Assembly: GCA_040954595.2 (NCBI GenBank)
Contig: CM082581.2
Coordinates: 9,093,878 to 9,157,877, forward strand
Length of the DNA: 64,000 nt
From: Balanoglossus misakiensis
Taxonomy: Eukaryota; Animalia; Hemichordata
Reading direction: 5' to 3'
In this document: positions 40,993 through 62,000 of the stretch, in pieces
Numbering within the stretch: position 1 is the first letter of the stretch
Layout of the letters: the number at the start of each line of letters is the position of its first letter
Notes under the pieces: model-generated
The model's database searches: none
The model's input: only the letters and a program-made list of their open reading frames with translations
What the model was told of the DNA's origin: nothing
Program-made: the position numbers and the translations under genes

Positions 40993-42669
40993 CTACGAAG
41001 ATAACAGTGAACACACAATATATCTGGACAATCACGCGAAACCGAGTTTATCCCAATGTATAACTTAGTGTTATGTATACATTCAAATTTACCGATAGTT
41101 TCCTGTGTGTACTAGTATGTGAAAATCCCAATTTAAAAAAAATTATAATTATAAAATAATTAGAAGTAAAGAAATAACTATTTTATAACACTTTAAAACT
41201 TACCTTCGTCGTATTCAATCTTAAATCCGCCATTGCCTCCGTCATCACTTTCTGTTTTGAACGTCACAGTTATTGTATCGCCGTGGGATAAAAAGCTACT
41301 TTGCGAGTCCATTCGACATATTTTATTGCCAGTGTCGGCAGGATCGACTCCGGTTGACACTTGAATATAGTCCCTATCGACAGAAGACAGTTTCAATTAA
41401 AGCTCATCCAAACTTTAAATACAACTCACAAATACACAACCACGTTGCATGACATCGGGTCTGGTATAATTATTTCTCGCCATAGCTTCAACTTAAAATC
41501 AAAAACTCACGTGCATCTTCTATTCTCGTCATCGGAGGAAGTCGTGACGTCACTATTGGGTCGTAAATTGACATTCTTCAACGTCAGCCGCACAGGTAGC
41601 CGGTAGCGACTTTTGACCCGCCAAGTGCATGTCTGATCAGCGGGATACCCACCACTTCCCCACGGATTCGTGATCCGACCAAAATCCTCAATGTACAGGT
41701 CTCCAGTTGGCCATTTGCACTGGATATCTGGAAAGGAAAAAAAACGAGTCTTGAAGGTTGCTTAAAGTTTACGTTTTGCGGCGATTGGCAACCGTGTCGT
41801 CTCGAGGTGACAGATTTTGTCTATTTTTGAAACAATACTGTACCTCTTCCCTTCCCATTTCTTTCACACTCGACAAAGATAACAAGTGTCTCGTCGTTCA
41901 CCATACAAAGCAGCGTGAAACTTATCAGTTCTTTCTGACATGATGTATGTGACCGTCGTGGTCAACCTACCTTGTTCCACATATGTAATGTTGAACGCCT
42001 GAGTTTCTCCGAAAAAGTTATCGGGTAAATGGTAATTGACGTACACTTTGTCATACGGTAGGGTCAAACTTGGCGCCAAACTGTTTCCATAGTAACGGAT
42101 AATATGCTCTACGGGATAAAGAGTAAGTAGACCAGGCAATGTGACAAGGTTGAACTTGTACCATTACTTATAGCGTTTTAACTGTTCCTTACTATTTTGT
42201 CAGCGCATTTTAATTGACTTGCTTTCTCGAATAGCAATGGATAGACTAGCTGGACGAGTACAGAAAGACCACTTATCAAGTTATAAAATACCCGGATATA
42301 AAGAGCAATACACGTCAAATGCCCCACCTTTCTTTTCGCCAGCCAGTACATCCACATAGTTAGCGGAATCGTATTTAGTGTAGTATGTATATTTGAGGTC
42401 AACGATGAACTTAATTCCAAGGGAGGTGAAGTTCAATGACAATGCCGATGTCTTTGAACCTCTGATTTCGAAGGTGCAGTCCGGAGTTAGAATAGCCGAG
42501 CGCGCGCTGCGTTGTTTGACTTCGACCATACCACTTGGGCCTTCATAGACTTGGTAACACCCTGGTAAATTGAACCATCACAAAGTTTAACATTACACTT
42601 ATTGCGTATTCACTGATTCATATTGCTTGTTACGTTTTTGCACGCACGCAAACATACAGGAAGGCAGGC

Positions 42670-42700
<31 letters not shown>

Positions 42701-43961
42701 ATTGTCCACAAAATGGTACATACTTGCAGCATAGTGCATGACAAAGCCTTTGTCTTGCACCGTGTCATCAGAACGGAATCGCACCACCAGAGATGAACTG
42801 GTTGACACAATCATGTTCGGTATTTCTCTGCTACAATAAATTCCGACAAGGGGAGCATCCTGTGTGTGACCGTCACGAATCTCGATGGAGTCTTTACTGA
42901 AAAATGCCAAGAATGACGAATATTCATCAAAACTTGTAGAGCTACAGTATTTTCGAAGTCGAAACAGCATGGCTTTTTTTTACTTTGAATTCATTTGTTT
43001 ATTATATCAAATTTGATTTACCGACACCAAGGTTGATGATGATGACTATTTACCTGCACTTCCCTTCGATCGGTTCCCGCCTTTCTAATTGAAAGTCCTC
43101 AAAAGTCAAAACAATGTTGGCGTCTGGTTTGTCTGTGACGAGGAACCACACACACTCTTGGTTGTTCGGGTACGGATCGGGATAATTCGGGGATGCGATA
43201 TTTCCCTGTTCTTCTTTGTAGGTGACAGATGAAACGACGCCACAGGCAAAAAGTTGTTCCATGGGCTCTGGAAAAAAATATATTTCAGTGGTGCAGATGA
43301 ATGCAATAATATCCACCACAGTAATTGACACACACAAACAATAGGGACGACAACGCTGATGTTGTGTCGTTGTACCTCAAAATTAAGTGCGAGCGAGATG
43401 TCATTTGCGTTATCCTACCTGCAATATATCGAATGGCCACGAAGACGGACCTAAAAATTTCAACTCGTATCTTGTTATCGGACGCTCTAACAACGGTAGG
43501 TATATTCCTTCCATACTGACCGAGAATTTCTGAAACAAAGATGATAACATGCATGCGTGTTCACTGTGTCCTTATTTCAAAACATTCTCGAATGTTGATA
43601 ATTTTACTGTGCGGTAAAATGTGTTATCGAATAGTTATATCACTACTTATGGACATACCTTCCGTCATGCCGTCTATCACCTTAATATAGCCATTACTGT
43701 TCCAACTTTCGACTTTGCTAAAATTGTCAAATCGTAGCGCTACCCGGTATCCCACAGGAACTGTGACGTTGTACATACACCCATGAACGCGATGACCATC
43801 TTCGTTCAGGAAGGCCGGACCTCGAGAATATATTGGCATGTCCACTGGACTTAATGTGATAACTCCATGATCCGACCAGTAATAGTTAAATTCGCAAGCT
43901 GTAAAGAATTTTGAGCAAAACTAAGTTTAAACGTAAAGACACTGATTGTGAGTGTATGTAA

Positions 43962-44000
<39 letters not shown>

Positions 44001-47000
44001 GGCGTAGCCTGACATCTACCTGAACGATAAGCTGCGATGAACTGGCCTCTGGGTCCGTTCAATCTCGGTACAAACTTGACGTAGATGACCTCGTGGGCAA
44101 AGATACGGGGTGTACGATTTCCGCACAAGCGAGCTTCCAAATGGGCGTCTTCGTCAGGCCCGCTTCTTATTTCAACATACTCCTCACTGGAGATAAAGAA
44201 AGACTCGACGTTCAGATAATCTTTTAAACTTAACAGGTACTTTCCCGACATTACTTTCTGGAATCAGAACATGCTATAGGATTGCATGACGGAAACACAT
44301 TGAACATTGAGAAATTGTCTTCGAAAATGTATAGGCTGTACTGTGTTGTCTCAAATTGTAAAACAATCTCTGTCTGCGTTCAGATCACGTGAGCATTGAA
44401 CGATCTTGTAATCTAATTGATGTCACAAGTACATACTCTCGTAAAAATGCTTCTTTACTCACCTACAATCGTGACTGTCCAGCAGATCAAAATGGTGAAA
44501 TTCGAGTACTACGTTCACATTTATTTTCCTGCGTGGGTATATGACCCATTCGTAAATCTCATGATCTGCGTGTTCTGTAGTGTTTATATGCTTCACTGTC
44601 CAACTGTCACCTTCTAGGATTTCTTTGAAGCCAGTTTCTGAAGATTTGATAAAATAAACTATTAAAGCTATGTATTCGAAGATAGCGATGGTTCAGTATT
44701 TGACCTAGCATGTCTCGAAACCACATATGTATACCTTGTTGATGTTTCTGATATGCTAGGAAAGTCCAACATGCGTTCCTGGATATACATAAGCACGGTT
44801 ACATTCACTTCAGTCGGACTATGGGATAGACTGCCTTCAACTGAGCTTCAGTTCTGTCAATACGCCTGTACTCACCCACTGCTGTGTATGTGGCATGAAG
44901 TCCCTTGAAGTCCTCAGGATTCAGCTCGTATTCCACGTTCAACTCGTAAGTCAGCCTCACCGAATTCGTTCGTGACAGGATTGGGTGGGCGTCGACGTGC
45001 GAAAAGTAGGCAATCAACTCACCTGCAGAATGGAAGGAGAAAATGGGTAGAAACAGCAAGGGGGTAAGCGGACCATACAATGCATATTCAAAACAGGCCT
45101 GCTTACAGTCTGCGAAAAGCGAACATATGGGTGGAAACGCGCATAAATAAGTTCACCAGATCCTAAGAGTACTTCAGACTGGACACAGACAAAATCAAGT
45201 ACCTCCCGTGAATCCATCATAGATGATGACCTTCCCGTAGATGTCGGTTAGCGTCAGACTGAAAACAGGAAACTCCATGTAGATGCGATGGTTTTCGGGA
45301 GCCTGTATAAAATAATTGGCTTTGCGTGTGTACCGTTCCACTATTTCACCACTCATCGCATTCAGGTAATTGTGTGGCCCTATTGGAAGATGAGACATTA
45401 TTTGTGAGAAACTGAAAGCAATTTCAAAAAGAGAAATGACCAGGCTGCTATAGGCTCGTGTCAAGCTTCCGAGACTAGAGGGCCCAGTACAAGGCATTTG
45501 ATATTACACACCTTCGTTATAGACAGCGACAAAGCCTTTGTGTCTACCATTATTACGACCACTCTTGAACTTGATGAAGAGATGTTTTCCCGTTGATACA
45601 ATACCGGGAGGAGAAGATGAACCACAGTAGCGACCGAAACTTGCATTCGATTCTGTGTCACTGTCTCCGTCAAAGACTTCGATGTAATCTTCGCTGTAAA
45701 AACAATATATGTATGCCACTGTATGTACATGTAATTGCGTGTTAAATGGCAATACTTCAAGTATCATTTCTTTATTTCGGGTATATCTGTGTAAAGCATC
45801 TTTGAGAACTGATGTCAACTCGAGTCCAACTTACCTGCAGTCATCAGATTCAGCGATGTCAAAATGTGGGAAAGTCAGCAGAATTTTGTTTGACCTGGCA
45901 TTGAGTGTCCACGAACACTGTTGATCTCCTGGATACGGCTCCGGGTATCCCACACTCGTTACATTACCAGTGTCATGTTTATCATATGAATTATACAGTG
46001 CAGGCGGCATGCCGATGAAGACTGTGGCGTCACAAGATGAAGGTTCTGAAGAGAATAAGAGTGAAATGTAAATGTAAACGTAATCTTAGCTTATTTCTCG
46101 CGTTCCTATTTGACTCGCAGTTGAGTTCAAAGCCAATATCAACTCCTGCATGGACATCTAATGTTGCGCCCTCACTGGCAAGGACATGTTATCCCATCTG
46201 CCAGTTTCGTCAATATTGAAAATAAACCCGGCCTACCCACCTCACTTTCCGAAGGGCATTTTACAGTGAACATGGCGTTTCAATCGCCCTATAATAAGGA
46301 TATGCGTTCTCACCTCCGCTTTCGGATGAACTTACCAAATGCAAAGAAGACGGCTTGAAAGCCAGTTGCTTCAAACCTCTTACTGATGTCAGTGGTTATG
46401 AATGAGACCATTAGCGTGTTTTCTCTGGATATAATATCGGGCGCATAGTTGCCGCAGTAACGAGCAAGGACCGGCGAATCTTTACAGAAAGAAAACAATG
46501 TATTTATAGAGCAAGCGTAAGTTAACTTCAAGTGCTGAATATTTTGTGCGTGATTAATTTTTGAAACACTTTTGTAGACTTGTTTAGCAAAGAGTAACTA
46601 CGACTCAGGTTTGCCCAGCTATAATAATAATTATTATCATGATTGCCATTAACTAACACTGTGCGTTTCAATATACAAGGAGTTCGTCATAGTGGGACAA
46701 AGACTCACCTTGAGACCATCCGCCGTGTGTGGTAACCATATTCGATCCATCGTCATAGTAATTTAGGTGGCAATCGGATGGACTGTACACGTCCATGGCC
46801 GTGAACCTCAAGCGGATGCGCCGTCCCGCCGGCACCTCAAGGCGCCACTCACAGTAAAGGTTGCTAGGATACGGCAGTGGAAAATTCGGCGACTCCAACT
46901 TTCCCTCCAGTCCATCCATGTAGTGGTAACAGTCTGGAATTCGCATGGTCAGAAATATGTGTCATTCCCTTTATGTCATAACATGTTGGTAATAATTGCA

Positions 47001-48282
47001 TGGACAAATTTGATGTTTACACCCAACACATGCGAACAACACTTCGTCATTTTGTAATGCCTTCAACTACAAGACGAATATGGAACCTACCACCAAGTCT
47101 AAATATTGCTCTAAAGATGTTAGCTCCATCACCATCTGTCCTGGTGGTGTGCAGTTTGACGAACCAAGGCCCGTTCCGGGTTAGCACCCTAGGTATGTCT
47201 GTGCCGCAGTATCGACCATAGAGAGGCGAAGTCTCTTTCTTGCCCTTTCTTAACTCCAGATAGCTATCACTGTACACCCGGAAGAAGGAAATTTTAACAA
47301 GTTTGTAAACAGAACCAATCAAGATTTGATCTGTCACAAAAACACCAAGTCGTTTCTGTTGTGAAGAACGTTGTTGGAATTCTTTGTGGTACTGTGGACA
47401 TTGTCTGTCTAACTGTGTGTGTGTATGTGAGGATGGATGGATAGATGAATGGATGATAGATGGATGGAAACAAACCTGCATTCTGCATCGGATACAATGT
47501 TAAACTGGTCCACCACAAGCGTGGCTGCATACCCTCTACTCGGTCGAAGAATCCAAGAACATTCCAGTGGACCAGATGGGTTGACATCACGCCAAACTGG
47601 GATATCGGATGAAAGGACCAGCGGTCCACTGAGCTTCCGATATTCACCAGAGTTAAAGCAAGGTCCCCAGAGGTATGTTGAACTTGAACATGCACCTATC
47701 AGGGGTACAGCAAACGCCAACAATAATGTTATTGTACGAAATTATAGTTTATGGGGTTCATAATAATCGCTGTGTTAAAGTACTGTCTTCATTTTGTTTA
47801 TTGGTCTTTGGCGCGTGGACATAAGGGTATCAACATACGGCTGGTATACCTCCGCGAGGTATACGAGTCACCCACAAGACGGTGTGTTTCTTGCGGCCGT
47901 GGGAAACTTGCCGTGTGATTGATAAAGGGTGATTGATGGTTTCATTGATAAATAAAGGTGACCAGGTCAAAGACCAGTATTCGCCACGCAAATAAAGGTC
48001 GTGTTATTCTGACAACAACACGAGGTTCAATGAACTGAACGGAAGTGGAATACTATTAAGCTAATGACCGTGCATACTAGCACTACTATTTACTCAAGAA
48101 TAGTTTGCTCAGAACAATCCCGACACTTGCAGTGCTAACAGACTAAAGGTGAACGTTCACCCTCGATGGTCTGTCCTTCACGTATTATTAAACGTATATG
48201 GCAGTAAAACATATGATTAAACCGATTACTCACCCGACACTAACACTAGAAAAAGCAGGACCTTCGTCAATGCTATGTGCAT
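40214..48282 (-). CDS. Secreted 9xCUB + inactive trypsin-like (serine protease homologue) protein, paralog A, about 1383 aa, 20 exons
   Basis: Exons (minus strand): 48282-48234, 47695-47476, 47269-47091, 46933-46709, 46479-46336, 46045-45835, 45693-45512, 45379-45203, 45022-44876, 44637-44463, 44186-44020, 43898-43659, 43529-43419, 43267-43054, 42896-42724, 42561-42328, 42108-41971, 41727-41511, 41373-41204, 40992-40214. All GT-AG; total 4152 nt, in frame. Signal peptide MHIALTKVLLFLVLVSG; CUB motifs SPNFPLPYPSNLYCEW, SPNYPDPYPNNQECVW, DYIEVFDG...GRYCG; last exon has the chymotrypsin-fold motifs APWM, FCSGALV, RPICLP, GWG, GGPF. Confidence 0.88.
42668..42699. repeat. (GACA)n microsatellite, intron 15 of paralog A
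   Basis: gcagatagacagacagacagacagacagacaga. Confidence 0.85.
43964..44001. repeat. (GACA)n microsatellite, intron 11 of paralog A
   Basis: Perfect GACA array. Confidence 0.9.
47429..47468. repeat. Degenerate (GATG)n repeat, intron 2 of paralog A
   Basis: ggatggatggatagatgaatggatgatagatggatgga. Confidence 0.7.
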
Positions 48283-48673
48283 GGTAATTTCTCGCAGCGA
48301 GCATAGAAAAACTCAACCAACTTGAATCATTGCACGGTCTTGATTACCGATGGCGCTGTTCGTAGTTCTGGTGAATATCTAGACAACTCAAATTCACGAA
48401 GAACACCGATAACATACAATGTATGTGTGCGAATGCAAACGTTGGCAATCAAGATGTAAACAAGACTTATTTCAGACCTGGTTTCCCCATCACGTGACGT
48501 TTGCATTTCAAGGTTCTATTGACAATTCTGATTGGACATAAATAGCCTTCTGTTTACAGTCAAGCCGACTTGCATATCGACCTGACTTTTGCCGAAGCAA
48601 AAGGTAGAGCTTTGGGTGCAAACCGACCAGGTTTAGTTTTGTTAAATGAACAGGGCTCTTCAACCGCTTCGTC
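48283..48673. promoter_or_regulatory. Shared bidirectional promoter/5'UTR region between the two CUB-pseudoprotease genes
   Basis: 391 bp between the two divergent ATGs. Palindromic E-box TCACGTGA (48490-48497), opposed Fox-type sites TGTAAACA (48455-48462) and TGTTTACA (48551-48558), 11-bp inverted repeat AATGCAAACGT (48432-48442)/ACGTTTGCATT (48497-48507), inverted CCAAT box (ATTGG, 48531-48535). Confidence 0.65.
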
Positions 48674-56059
<7,386 letters not shown>

Positions 56060-59000
56060 ATGTTTATTCAGATGAACACTGGGGGTAAAGGATTTATTTG
56101 CATTATGATTTGGCTGTCGCCTAATCTATAAATCATCTAGAAAGATTCCGAAATCAAATCAACAAGAGAGATTTGCGTTTTCCTGTTACTGAGTGACCCA
56201 AGTATGATTTCAGCTTCATTAAACCGCACACAGGTACATGTACCAGCCGTGTTCGACAGACTTCAATATGTTCGAGTCCAAATATTTGCGTACTAGGTTT
56301 AACTCCAAAGATAGACGGTATCTTAGAGTGGTGATAACACCGAAAAAAAGACGTCGGACCCCTTTGCACTTAATCTGTCGATTGATGGTGAAAATGCCTG
56401 AAAACTACGCTATCGCAGATCAATCGATGGTTTCATCAGAAAGACCCTGATCTTCAGAGTCAATACAGATGCAGTGCTGAAGACGGGCTTCTAAAGTCTG
56501 GCTGGAGACGCCATCTACAGTCTAATGAGCTTCGAGGATATACATGTATAGCTAGCGAGTCTGGGCTGTTACTATGCCATGTACATAATCAGCTGAGAGT
56601 TTAAACACTGGTGGCGCTCGTACATGTATGTTGTGCCAATCGAGTCCCCTGCGTTTCCACTGAGTTTTGCATGTGCCATATTTTAATTATATCGAAAAAT
56701 AAAAGTGAGCGGTGAGAGTCGAACCTTGAAAAAAAGTTTAGCATGGGATGTATCATGTTTTCATGTGAACATAATATCACTATTAAACCAACAAGTGACT
56801 AAATCGTACTCCCTATGCCAATCAAATTGCACATTATTAATTACTTGAAAGTAAGAGTTTAAATGGAGTGTTCTTCCATCAACATTGCATTAATCTTTGT
56901 AGGCGAGTCGTGATCACCACCAAATCCAATATATGCACGGAAATTGGTTCTTCCAGTAACGGTCTCCATGGCAGCACAATGTAAGCCGTATTAATACACA
57001 CATGATAAATATAATCCGCTGATTTCTGTTAGTGTCGCTTCATTGTATACGAGTGCTTTTTTTCGCACAAATTCCCGCCAGATCTGTACACGTTTACAAT
57101 CAGCATTCAATAGACTCGCGGGGTTTTCCCGGGTAAATTATCCATCTCGATTACTGCGTCTGAGGCGTATTGCGAATACGTCTGTAGGGAATGTTGCAAA
57201 TGTAAATGCTACCTGTAACACATTCATGTGTACAACAAAGAGGGTTTTTTTTTCGCTACAATCTGAGGATGTCGTGACTAGAAGTTTCTAATTGGATGGT
57301 TAGCCTTGAAACGTCATCGCAATTACAATAATTATTACCTTGCGGCACCCATCGCCCACGCTCGCTCCAGCAGATAGGCCAGATACATTCTACAGGCCGG
57401 GAGGACCGTATAGTAAGCCGATAATACACTGAATACTTATAGGCGAAAAGTTGTGGGAACAAACTTTTTACCTGTTATCCGTGACGCTCTCTTGTGAAAA
57501 TTGCATTTTTGTTTGTTCAATGCGTTTCCCATTCCGTTTCTACACTTGCGAGTCACAGTGTGTGTGTATGGGGGGGGGGGGTTAGATAGTCCTCTTTTGA
57601 TTGGAAATACATGGCAATTAATGTAAAAGAAATCAACTCTGCGTTGATTTGCACGAATGCAAGAAAACAGGATCGCATTCATACACTAACACGGAGATGT
57701 ATTTCAGGCAAACTGATAGCAACGCTTCGACAAATAGTGTAATTTCGCACACCACGTCCGCCGGATAATTGGGAAGGTGTACCTCAACTTACGCGACGGT
57801 CAAATTTGCTCGACATTTCGCAAAATTGCGAGAATTAAGGTTGAAATTATTCCGAAGATTCAAATCGCCCCGCACAGAAACATACACACCAATTGTTAAA
57901 CACAAAGACTACAGTAGTTTGTGTGCCTGATTGATTCCGTCGCGCATCACGTTTTTCCATGAATCGTGTTTGAAATTTTACATCTATACCTTTTAGGAGT
58001 AGGGTAAACGGACGCCACTGAAAAAAAGTAGTTCAGGGCATTCTTCACGCGAGGTTAATGCGCGGGGCGTCGTGTTTAGGCGCTCGGTCGACAATTTCCG
58101 GTGCTGTGATTAGCATGGGGTTTTGAAGTAAATGTTAGGGTATAGTCTGCGCTTCCAAATTATTTTTTCTCGGCACAGGAACAGGAAAATATACAATAAG
58201 GCTTCAGTCATGCACGCCAAGAGGAAATAGTAAATGCACGTGAAACTCACGTCACGCCGGCAATTCTGAGAGGTATGACTTGAATGTAATTTTGAGGTAA
58301 TGGAGAGGGGTATATAAAAATAACCCAAATGAACACGACGATCGCAGTGCTTTTTCAGAATGCTGCAAGCCATCATCCCATGTCCGTAAATCGAAACCGG
58401 GTAAATATGAGTGAATGTTCAAAAATGATAGCAGAATGTTCAAGTGCGAAATTAAATTTATCGTCGTGTACGACTCGACATCAATTTGAGTGTAAATGTT
58501 CTGTCGCGGTAGTTTGATGTGTAAACTATACAATGTTTTTGTAAAGCAATGTTTTCTATCGCATAGCCTGTGCCGACTGCTGAAATTCCAGGAACGAAAA
58601 ATTAGCACAATGGCCAAATTACTTATAAATGGTTATACTTGGTTAAATCCTGTTAATGTTTGTTAACTACATCAAACCTGTGTGCATTTGATGGGTAATC
58701 GCTACGAGACAGTGTCGTCTGGAGGGAAAAGACGCTCCCTTTCCCGCTCACGAAACGGCAAAATGCTTTAGGACATCACGATCACACAGATAGGATGAAT
58801 GTCAGACGGGGTCCCAGGTATCAAGGTGGGATATTCTCTCCTCCCCGAATAATTAACCTTCCGGTCGCTTCTGACGCAAAAGGGAGATTCATCTTGTCAG
58901 ACAGAATCGTGGTGAAACAGATTTTCCAACGGAGAAGGGAAACGAGTACTTCTTCACCGACTATCACTAGAAAACGTGCCGCCTTTATCTTTGAAAAAAA

Positions 59001-62000
59001 TTACGAATTTATGTACTGTGTTGGATATGTAACATTCAAGAGTTCTTTCAAACAACAGGAATATAAGTGTGTGTTGATAATACGTGTAATTAGGTTGACC
59101 CGACTGCAGTACTTAGTTGTGAGACGTTGTTTTCTAGAATATAAGCAGCCAGCGACTGAACAGCGTCACCGTGGTGTGGATGAACCGCCATCCCAGAGAA
59201 AAGCGAAGTTAACGCACTTATTTTCCAGATATCGTGAACTGTGGCTTTTAGTTATGCCGGCCGGCAATCTACATGGAACGGGCGTCTGCCAAACCGAAGC
59301 TCCAACAATTACCGTTATCCAGGTGTTCATTAAATTGTGTCCCTCGCCGTCTTCGACTGTAAATGCTGCGCTAAATTTTTTTTGTCCACCTGATGGGAAT
59401 ATCTGTCGCAAATGGCAAAGTCGGGGGAAGAAGAGACAGGAACACTCTTTACACGCATTCGGTTTCCGAGCCTCGGGGGGTAATTTCGTTAACACGCGTG
59501 GAAAATGACTCATCCAATCCGCCAACGAATGCACTACAGACCGAAGTGACCTTATCATGCACAGCACGCCGAGAATCAGGTGAAAAGATAATATGGAGAC
59601 ACCATGCCGTCACAGGCAACTGCATTGATTACTGCAATAGCTCCGTGTTATCTACAGATAGCAAAGAAAACTGACAGCCATGCATTCAAGAACCAAAAGG
59701 CTACATTCAGTACTTTCACTTGAAGATTGAGAAATGCAGGTAATTTTAAACTCAGAAAAGGCTAATGCAATTATCTAAGGGTACACCGCCGCGCTAATTA
59801 TGTAAATGCATTAAAATATACTCGTTTTTAAGTCGTTAATCGTGTATTCGGCAACTTGCGTTTAACTCAAGTTTCAAGTCCAAATTGATGGAGAGCATAT
59901 GCCTTCAAAGGCATTTTATGGTTTTACTGTCAATATGAAACCCTTCCAACAAGATTCGATTATCATTGCGCAACAGTTTTAGTTCCAACTGGACGATCGC
60001 ATGCCTGTGTTACTGAATTATCAATTAAAATCAATTATGTCAACTTAAAGAATCATGAACTGCAAGACTTGTTTACCCAATGAAGCCCAACTCAGTTTGC
60101 CTTTAGTTACAATATTGAATCCACTGTGAAAGTACACCTTTCCTTCGATTTTCCTTTTTCTTTCTTCATAGGCAATTTAAATGTACGAGAAATCAATAAC
60201 AGGAAACGTCAATTGAATTCTACCCTGGAAACCCCTTGATACAGATAGGCTACGGGAAGATGTTTGAATTTCTGTTCCACCGGAACCTTCAGTCAAACAT
60301 GTAATTGTTTGGGGAAACAGTGACTACCAAAATGTTTCAAGGTGATTTTCAAATGCAGTCTGATAATAGATTGAAGATTTTTATTTTTCTTCTCGAAATG
60401 TTTATTTCCATGATCCACGTCTCCTGTCACACTGCCGGTCGACTGTCTCTACCATGCATGGTGCACATACTCATAAAACAATATTGACAATTCTATTCGA
60501 TGTTTTATTTCGCTGAAGCTGCTAGGCGTGTACAGCTAATTTCACGCGTATGCGATTTCGTCATATTACGTGTATGCGCACATGACCGTTGCTAATTCTG
60601 CCAGCATAGAAATTGCAGTGATGAAATCATTTTCTATACGGATGTCCGATTTCAGTACAGGCTAACGAAAACATATGAATAAAGTGGTTAATATCAAGGC
60701 GGTGGCCTCAAAGACTCTGAGGTGAAGATTCGATAAGGGAGGCTTTCACTTATCGCACGCAACATTGATTATCACAGCAGTGTAATTGACGGACAAGATA
60801 TAGCAGGGCAATGAAAAGGCGCGAAGATGGTCGTGCAGTGACTTCAGTGAAAGGAAGTGGAAGATATCAACCTTTGAAGAGGTGCGCCGTTATTTTTCTG
60901 GAAGCCAGTTGACACAAACATCTGCTCCGGTGTTAATTAATGTCAACAGCAAGCATTGAAATAACACACTGCGTATACATGTACGTGTATCTTCGGGGGT
61001 AAAACATCCGAAAAATCGATTGGTGTAAAAAGACAAACGCTCACCAAAGTCGATTTACTGCACACGATACAGGGTCACAAATGCTGGCTTGGCTTACGTT
61101 CTCTGTAACTGACACTTGGTAAGAATATTTTGAATTTATGAACATTTTAGGAAAATTTGTCCCCGAGGAGCGTACGAGAACCTTAGAGGAAATATCATAG
61201 GTTTTCAACGTTCCAGTCTTATTTCAAGATGTACTTGAGGTTGGATCTATAGGCGCCAGATAACAAAATACAACAACAACAACCCGAATCGCGGCAAAAC
61301 ACATGACAAGTACAATATTGCATCCTATATGGATATTGTTACATACAGAAACACCATCAGGAATCAGAGCCCACCAATGATCTGTACGTTAACTGTCTTT
61401 ACCAACGCACGTTCTGGACACGTAACTAAACACGGTCCCTTTCAACCGGACCCTCACAATTGTTATACCTCTCAAAAGTTGTAATCGCTCTTCGGCAATA
61501 CAACTGAGCCGTACTCTCATTACGTGCACGGCAAATTCGCCCGAAATAATCACTTCTCCGCACGTCCTTTTACGCCTGTGAAAATTGCCGACAAGGGACA
61601 CGGACCATTGAATTTTAGGAGCAAATATATCACCTTTGACGACGTTTGCGCAACCTCATACGGTGGATGATGCGGTACTTTGCTGTTTATCGCAAGGGCA
61701 ATTTCGTACTCTGCTTGTAGGTGTAACGCCATTATAAAATGATGACGAAGATTTCGTAAAAAAGGATAGAGAGTTCATTATTTACACAGCATCTCCCGCA
61801 TTCACCAAATCACCTGTGACATTTTGAAAGCAGTGACTTTATACTTTAAGGAATGGTCCCGAAAAGTTTTAACTGAAGTATATGTTAATGAGGCCGGCCC
61901 CGTTAGAAGCGGTAAAACTGATATCAAAACATTCGTTCAGTATGATCACACATGCGGTAGCTCCGTGTTTCTCGATTGCGCGGATTATATCTGCCGTTAT

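Noticed and set aside
58795-59508. 237-aa ORF
   Set aside because: No recognisable domain and a composition typical of non-coding DNA; cannot be supported without homology or expression data.
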